Shown here: positions 56,601 through 64,000 of the stretch, piece by piece
Position numbering within the stretch: the stretch's first letter is position 1
Layout: every line of letters starts with the position of its first letter
NCBI GenBank assembly: GCA_950097015.1
Contig: CATNEN010000015.1
Span: forward strand, 248,001-312,000
Direction: 5' to 3'
From: Macrostomum hystrix
Taxonomy: Eukaryota; Animalia; Platyhelminthes
DNA length: 64,000 nucleotides
Program-made: the position numbers and the translations under genes
Notes under the pieces: model-generated
Told to the model about the DNA's origin: nothing
The model's input: only the letters and a program-made list of their open reading frames with translations
The model's database searches: none

Positions 56601-59600
56601 TCAAATCTCACCCTAGATCACAGTATCCAAATCTCACCCAGGAGGAAAAACTCAAATCTCACCCTAGAGAACAGTCTCAAATCTCACCCTATAGAACAGT
56701 AGCCGAATCTCACCCAGGAGGACAATCTCAAATCTCACCCTGGAGGACAGTTCAAATCTCTTTAGGGAATCGAACCCCGGTCCTTGAAGTCGTGAGTTTT
56801 TCTTCTAATATTTATGAACTAATTTACCTTTCGCCCTCACAGCTGATGACATCATAAAACTTTATCCTATGGCACAGAACTCCAATAACAGTCAGCAAAC
56901 TCACCGTGAGGGGCGGAAGCAGACCCAACTGGCGGTTCTTCTTGTCAATCTTGGCCAGCCTGTCAGCAATGAGCGGCTTGAGTCTGTCTGAGTACTCAGA
57001 GTAGGTCCAGACGATGCGTCGTCTATCGTTCTGCACAGGGTTGCGGGGCAGATCCACCAGCAGCTCGGAGCGGAAGGGCCCGAATCTCTGGTCATCGGCC
57101 CATTGAATGAGCTGGTCGGGCACCGCTGGCAGCAGGGCCACCGGCGGCTCCTGGCCGAGCAGTTCAATCTCGGCGCACGTTTCGCACTGGCGCCGGCCGA
57201 ACGATTTGAAAACCGGCGGGCCGCCGAATTGAATGTGCAGCGCGCGGCCGTCAATGCACAGCTCGTGCATAGGGCCGCCAAGGCACACCGCGTAGAATGG
57301 ACCGCTAGAGGCCAGCTGCGACTGCGACTGGTGGCATTGCGAATGGAGAACTCGATAACAATATGGGATTAGTCAGACTTACATGCCTGATAATCCGTGT
57401 CTGGGTTAACTCAGACTTATAGTCCTGATATTCCTAGTCTGGGATTAGACTGTATATTCTCGATAATCCATGTCTGGGATTAGACTGTATATTATCGATA
57501 ATCAATGTCTGGGATTAGACTGTATATTCTCGATAATCCTAGTCTGGGATTAGACTGTATATTCTCGATAATCCATGTCTGGGATTAGACTGTATATTCT
57601 CGATAATCCATGTCTGGGATTAGACTGTATATTATCGATAATCAATGTCTGGGATTAGACTGTATATTCTCGATAATCAATGTCTGGGATTAGACTGTAT
57701 ATTCTCGATAATCCATGTCTTGGATTAGACTGTATATTCTCGATAATCCATGTCTGGGATTAGACTGTATATTCTCGATAATCCATGTCTGGGATTAGAC
57801 TGTATATTCTCGATAATCCTAGTTTGGGATTAGACTGTATATTCTCGATAACCCTAGTCTGGGATTAGACTGTATATTCTCGATAATCCTAGTCTGGGAT
57901 TAGACTGTATATTCTCGATAATCCATGTCTGGGATTAGACTGTATATTCTCGATAATCCTAGTTTGGGATTAGACTGTATATTCTCGATAACCCTAGTCT
58001 GGGATTAGACTGTATATTCTCGATAATCCTAGTCTGGGATTAGACTGTATATTCTCGATAATCCTAATCTGGGATTAGACTGTATATTCTCGATAACCCT
58101 AGTCTGGGATTAGACTGTATATTCTCGATAATCCATGTCTGGGATTAGACTGTATATTCTCGATAATCCATGTTTGGGATTAGACTGTATATTCTCGATA
58201 ATCCATGTCTGGGATTAGACTGTATATTCTCGATAATCCTAGTTTGGGATTAGACTGTATATTCTCGATAACCCTAGTCTGGGATTAGACTGTATATTCT
58301 CGATAATCCATGTCTGGGATTAGACTGTATATTCTCGATAATCCTAGTTTGGGATTAGACTGTATATTCTCGATAACCCTAGTCTGGGATTAGACTGTAT
58401 ATTCTCGATAATCCTAGTCTGGGATTAGACTGTATATTCTCGATAATCCTAATCTGGGATTAGACTGTATTTTCTCGATAATCCATGTCTGGGGTCTATC
58501 AGTAGATACCTGATAAGCGTTGTCTAAGGCTAGACCATAGATTTACCATTCCTAATAATCCTTGTATCGGATTTCCCATTACTGTTAATCCCAGTCTGGG
58601 ATCAGACAGTGGATTTTCTATTGCCGATAATCCTCGTCTGGGTTTAGACAGCAGAGTCCTTATTCTTGATAATCCTTAATTTGGGATTAGACAGTAGATT
58701 CCATTCTTGATAATCCTACTTTGGGATTAGACAGTAGATTCCTCATTCTTGATAATCCTACTTTGGGATTAGACAGTAGATTCCATTCTTGACAATCCTA
58801 CTTTGGGATTAGACAGTAGATTCCTCATTCTTGATAATCCTAATTTGGGATTAGACAGTCCTGATTACGATAATCCGGCGGGAATACACACAATTCCCAA
58901 TGCCCAATAAGCTTTGCCTGGAATTAAACAGCACATTTCCAGGGTATCATGGGATCTTTAAAGTCAAAACTGAAGGACCAGAGTGTAATAAAATCCCAAC
59001 TCACGTCGCTCCCCGCCATTTGCTTTTGCTCAGCCGCAAGCCGGCCGGACTGCAGCTGCAGGCGCACCAGGCCGGATGTCGGCACGCTGAATCTCTGGCC
59101 GTCAACCATCAGGGTGACAGGAGGCCCGGTGTAGCGAACCCCGCGAAGCACTTCGTCGACTACAGTGCAGGGCTGCAGGCGGTTGGTGAAGAGCGGCCTG
59201 TAGAGGCCCTCCAAAAGCCAGGAGTGGCAGCTGGCGCTGGGCTCGATGTACTTCTTGGATTGGAAGGTCTTGCGCAATAGGCGCGGATCGAAGCCCACCT
59301 GGGGGAATCCAGGGAAGCCGGGTACGTTGACGTGCCAGTTAATTTGGTTGCGTAGCCGCGGCAGCTGGGGCAACAGCTGAGCAGGAGGCTTCGGCTGCGG
59401 CTGATTCTGGACTGCTTTCGGTGGATTCCGAGCCTCAAGTGCCTTATTCTGATTCGGCTGATTCCCGGCTTCGAATGGCGAATTCAAAGCATCAAGTGGC
59501 GAATTCCTAGAATCGTGCGGCGGATTCCGAGAATCGTGTGGTGGATTCTGTGAGCCGCGCGGCGGATTCCTAGAATCGTGCGGCGGATTTCGAGAATCGT

Positions 59601-62428
59601 GTGGTGGATTTCGAGAATCATGTGGCGGATTCTGTGAGCCGCGCGGCGGATTCCTCGAATCATGTGGCGGATTCATTGAGCCGCGCGGCGGATTCCGAGA
59701 AACATGTGGCGGATTCCTCGAATCATGTGGCGGATTCCGAGAAACATGCGGCGGATTCCGAGAAATATGCGGCGGAATCCTAGAATCATGCGGCGGATTC
59801 CTAGAATCATGCGGATTCCTAGAATCATGTGGCGGATTCCTAGAATCATGCAGCTGATTCCGTGAGCCGCGCGGCGGGTTCTGAAAATCTTTTTGCTGAT
59901 TTTGAGCCTTAGACTGCGAATTTAAGGCCTCAGGAGGCGGATCCCGAACATCATGCGGCAGATTCCGAGTCTCAAGTGGCAGTTTCGGAAGCAGTTGGGG
60001 ATGAGGCGGATTCCAAGCCTCAGGCGGAGGATTTTGGGGTGGAAGATGCGGCTGACGGTGAAGGACAGCGGAAGCCGGAGGAAACAACCGCCTCATATCA
60101 ACGTCCTGTTTGAGTGGCGGAGGTTCGCAATCAGCTGTGAGTCGGTCATCGAACCTTGGACGCTTAGGTGCCAGCAGGGCGGAGGCGGCAGACACGTCAA
60201 TAGATTCGTCGGCGCCGCGGTGCCTGGAATCTTGAGGCGCGCAGGCATCTTCCTGCTTCGGGACGCTTGTCGGCGCTGAAAGCAGGGAAAGCGGCGGCGG
60301 CACTCGCATGTCGACATCCTGAAGTGGCTGCGGCGGCTGCTTCGTTGGCGACTCTGAGGTCGGCGTCCTTGTCGGCACGAAGACAGGCGGCGGGGTCAGG
60401 CTGTCCCGCTCCTTCTGGTTGCTGAACAGAGGCACCTGCTGGTCGTGAATGAAAGCCAGCAGGCTGCGCTTGTCCGCCTGGCTGATGCCGGGAGGGCCTC
60501 CGCGGACCCCGCCTCCGAAGTCTTCGCCGCTGTTAAACATCAGCAGCTGGGCTTCGGCCTCTGTTAGCTGAGGCGGCTGCCTGCGGCTCTTTGGCTGCTG
60601 CTGCTCTTGCTGTGATTGTTGCTCCTGCTCCTGCTGCTGCTGCTGATGCTGCTGCTGATGTCGCTGCTCTTTTTCAAGCTCTTCAACAAACGGATCGTAC
60701 GGTGCGTCCAGCTGCTGCTTTTCAGCTTTTGGCTGCCCCGCTGCCTGCTGCTTGCCTAAAGCAAACTGGATGATGTCAGCATCGACATCCAGCCCGAGGA
60801 TGCTGCCGCCGCTGATGCCACCGCCGCCGCCAGCGGGATCAATCCCAGCGATCCTGTCCAGCTGAGCGGCAACTCCAGGCTGTCTGTGGAAGATGGCGCG
60901 CCAGGAGCGGCGGACTTTATCCAGCCTGGCCCGGCCCTGGGCGTCGGCTCGGGACATTGCCCCGGAGAACAGGCGCGGCGCAAGCGGCGCCAACAGAGGC
61001 CGGTAGGCCTCCGAGGAGCTGCGTGCCAGCCAGTCGGCCAGACACGCTAAGCCGACTCGCTCTGGCCCGCTGTCGGTCTGTAGATGAGAGTGGTGTTAGG
61101 GCTGTTTAATTCACACACATTTTCAGCGGCCTGTTACGCTTATCTATTGTAACTTGTCAGACCTTAGTTTATCACCTAATAGACTAGATTGTCACCTGCT
61201 AGCTCCTATACTGTCACCTGCTAGCTCCTATACTGTCATCTGCTAGCTGCTATACTGTCATCTACTAGCTGCTATACTGTCATCTACTAGCTCCTATACT
61301 GTCATCTACTAGCTCCAATACTGTCATCCAATAGCTCCAATACTGTCATCTGCTAGCTCCTATACTGTCATCTACTAGCTGCTATACTGTCACCTGCTAG
61401 CTCCTATACTGTCATCTGCTAGCTCCTATACTGTCATCTACTAGCTGCTATACTGTCACCTGCTAGCTCCTATACTGTCATCCACTAGCTCCAATACTGT
61501 CATCTAATAGCTCCAATACTGTCATCTGCTAGCTCCTATACTGTCATCTACTAGCTGCTATACTGTCACCTGCTAGCTCCTATACTGTCATCTACTAGCT
61601 GCTATACTGTCATCTACTAGCTCCAATACTGTCATCTACTAGCTCCAATACTGTCATCTACTAGCTCCAATACTGTCATCTACTAGCTGCTATACTGTCA
61701 TCTACTAGCTCCAATACTGTCATCTACTAGCTGCTATACTGTCATCTACTAGCTCCAATACTGTCATCTGCTAGCTCCTATACTGTCACCTGCTAGCTCC
61801 TATACTGTCATCTACTAGCTGCTATACTGTCATCTACTAGCTCCAATACTGTCATCCAATAGCTCCAATACTGTCATCTGCTAGCTCCTATACTGTCATC
61901 TACTAGCTGCTATACTGTCACCTGCTAGCTCCTATACTGTCATCTACTAGCTGCTATACTTTCACCTGCTAGCTCCTATACTGTCACCTGCTAGCTGCTA
62001 TACTGTCATCCACTAGCTCCAATACTGTCATCTGCTAGCTCCTATACTGTCATCTACTAGCTGCTATACTGTCACCTGCTAGCTCCAATACTGTCATCTA
62101 CTAGCTGCTATACTGTCATCTACTAGCTCCAATACTGTCACCTGCTAGCTCCTATACTGTCACCTGCTAGCTCCTATACTGTCATCTACTAGCTGCTATA
62201 CTGTCATATACTAGCTCCTATACTAAAAGTGTAATCTCTACAACTGGGAGTACAGATGCCACTCACTTGGTCCATCTGCCGGGACAGAGCATTCACAATA
62301 GCCCGACAGACATCAGGATGACGCTTGTGATTCAAGGCCAAGTGGCCCAAGTGTTTCAGTGTGTCCTTGCGGCATTCGGCTAAGCCGCGAGAATTCTTGC
62401 TTAACTCGGCTGCAAACAAGTCAGCCAT
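53695..62428 (-). CDS. PCF11: PCF11-like CID/zinc-finger protein, divergent. Exons 62428-62267, 61077-59005, 57327-56905, 54264-53695
   Basis: N-terminal CID-like region (LSKNSR...LGHLAL...IVNAL; RLDKVRRSWRAIF...LDRIAGIDP), LGGPMHELCIDG...FGGPP segment, and C-terminal LYGPPEQCGICGLRY...RH...RRW. All three introns are phase 0 with GTGAGT donors and CAG acceptors. Confidence 0.7.
54360..56750. repeat. 26-bp satellite (AAATCTCACCCTAGAGAACAGTATCC), about 90 copies, in PCF11-like intron 3
   Basis: Direct inspection; variant blocks recur. Confidence 0.96.
57380..58860. repeat. 35-bp satellite (TCTGGGATTAGACTGTATATTCTCGATAATCCATG) plus longer related units in PCF11-like intron 2
   Basis: Core array about 57435-58490; related longer units about 58620-58860. 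Confidence 0.95.
59500..59882 (-). repeat. Coding 21-bp repeat (NPPHDSR heptads) in PCF11-like exon 2
   Basis: About 18 in-frame heptads within the open exon. Confidence 0.9.
61190..62222. repeat. 22-bp minisatellite (CTAGCTCCTATACTGTCATCTA) in PCF11-like intron 1
   Basis: Direct inspection, about 46 copies. Confidence 0.95.
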
Positions 62429-63429
62429 TGCCTGCCTGTTGCTGAGTCATTAACTAACTAGCTTACAGCTTCTCATTGCTGGAACTGGTTTAGAAGCATG
62501 TTAAAACTAATATAGATTAATATTCACTTTTTTGCTTCAGCAATAACCATATATTATTTAAAAAATTGAACTTAAAAGCTCTGGTGTTATTCCTAGAATC
62601 CAATTTTACAGCAGAAACATATACGCAACAAAACAGATTTAATAAAAAAATTTGTTTTTGTGTTTTAAATTGAACTTCTTTTGGATAAATTCGTTATAAG
62701 TAGGCAAGGCAAGCTCCTAATAAGTAGCTTACTTAGAATAAAAATCTAATAAAAAACTAACTTTAGTGACTTTTCTTTATTTTTTACTTCCTTTTTTCTA
62801 CTTTGTCATGAAAAACAAATTATTTAAAAAAAATTAAACAAAGTAAAATAAGCCACCAAAAAACTTATTATACTTATTTTCTATCTTAGTACATTCATTT
62901 GCAATTGTTTGAAATGAATGATTACTAAGTTATTGGACAATGCTTTGATATGTTTGCGTAACTCTGTGGTGCCTATCTATTTTTTGGCACCCACTTTTAT
63001 AAATAGACTGCCAACTCAGGTTTGAGGAAATTGCTTTCTATGCTGTGGCCAAGGCTGAACTGAAATAAAATACAATTTGCAGAGTTAATGTAACATGTGG
63101 GCTGCAATCACCCTCACAATACAACAATACTACCTTCCCAAGATGCAGCAAAGGAATCAGAGCCAGAAGGCAAGCAAGAACATAATTCTGAGGACTATGT
63201 TGTATATTGTATATATATTTGCACATACACATATTCTATGCTATATATCTTAAACATGCCATAAAGGCTTATGCACAGCTGAGCCCTCACCTGCTAGCTC
63301 CTTGCAAGAAGCTAGGACAGACCAAGATTTTGGGAGTTGCTGTGGAGTCACAATAGCAGACAACATTCTGCCAAAGATTGGTGTCAGAAATGTGCAACAC
63401 TAGGACATTGAGTCTCAGAAGAGCTTCTT

Positions 63430-63900
63430 TCCATAATGGAAGCTGCAGATATGTGGAAGGCCTTTGAGGAGTTATCAAGTGGCATTGAGAGCAGCACTAC
63501 AAAAATAAGCATTGGCTTTTTTACCTATGCCTCTGTATGAGTATGGAGACACTCCAAGTTATTGAAAGCTTGCAGCTTCCTAATAGTGCAAGCAAAGATG
63601 ATGCAAGCACACTTATAAAGGCATTGGAGCATTTCATCATGGACCAATACAAATATATGTTTGAAAGAAGATATTGGCTTTAAAACCAGATGGAGGGCAA
63701 GACTTTCAGCAACTATCTCATGGTGCTGAAGGAAATGGTATTCTGATGCAACTTTAGGTGCTGCTGCAATGGGTGTGCAGAACTCCAAATCAGTGACAGG
63801 ATCATCTAGTAGAAGAAAGCTTAGCATGCGACTTTAAGTATTTGAGATGATGGAAGACCCCTACTGTGATGTCTGCACTTTTAGATGTCTATGGCCACTC
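63430..63900 (+). mobile_element. Highly decayed Gypsy-type gag remnant
   Basis: QMEGKTFSNYLMVLKEMVF*CNF and ELQISDRII* resemble the Q..GE.F..Y...L..LA..C.F and E.QIRDRI motifs; multiple stops and frameshifts. Confidence 0.45.
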
Positions 63901-64000
63901 TAGTTGCAGACTTTGACACTTGGACTGTGATGCATTCTCCCCTTTGCCCCCATAGTGAAAGCTAGTGTATCTGCTAAGCAGCAGACTCCAAATGCAAGTG

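Noticed and set aside
54360-56750. Telomere-like CCCTAG/CCCTAA motif
   Set aside because: Occurs once per 26-bp unit, not as (TTAGGG)n.
54360-58860. Long regular repeat arrays as CRISPR-like loci
   Set aside because: No unique spacers and no cas genes; they are head-to-tail satellites inside eukaryotic introns.

Overview
Eukaryotic (animal) genomic DNA with GC-rich exons, GT-AG introns and about 25 distinct mini/microsatellite arrays covering roughly a quarter of the window. The style suggests a free-living flatworm such as Macrostomum; this is inference only. Genes reconstructed by hand from splice sites are: an LDL-receptor-family gene (5' part, minus, running off the window start); a small signal-peptide + divergent LDLa-like gene missed by the ORF track; a Fer3/Nato3 bHLH gene; a divergent DEG/ENaC channel; a divergent ATE1; two intact tandem copies and one truncated copy of a secreted WSC + PAN/apple-like gene; a possible beta-propeller exon; triosephosphate isomerase; and a divergent PCF11-like gene with about 18 heptad repeats. 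Mobile DNA includes two decayed DD34D mariners, a foldback-like element, hAT-like heads attached to a 16-bp minisatellite, Gypsy integrase and gag remnants, and a DIRS/Ngaro-type RT fragment. No CRISPR array, rRNA or convincing tRNA gene was found. Most long ORFs in the supplied track are artefacts of tandem repeats. The best leads are the asymmetrically diverging WSC-PAN duplicates, the divergent PCF11-like and ATE1 genes, and two apparent routes of minisatellite birth or spread. No database searches were run; family calls rest on motif recognition.
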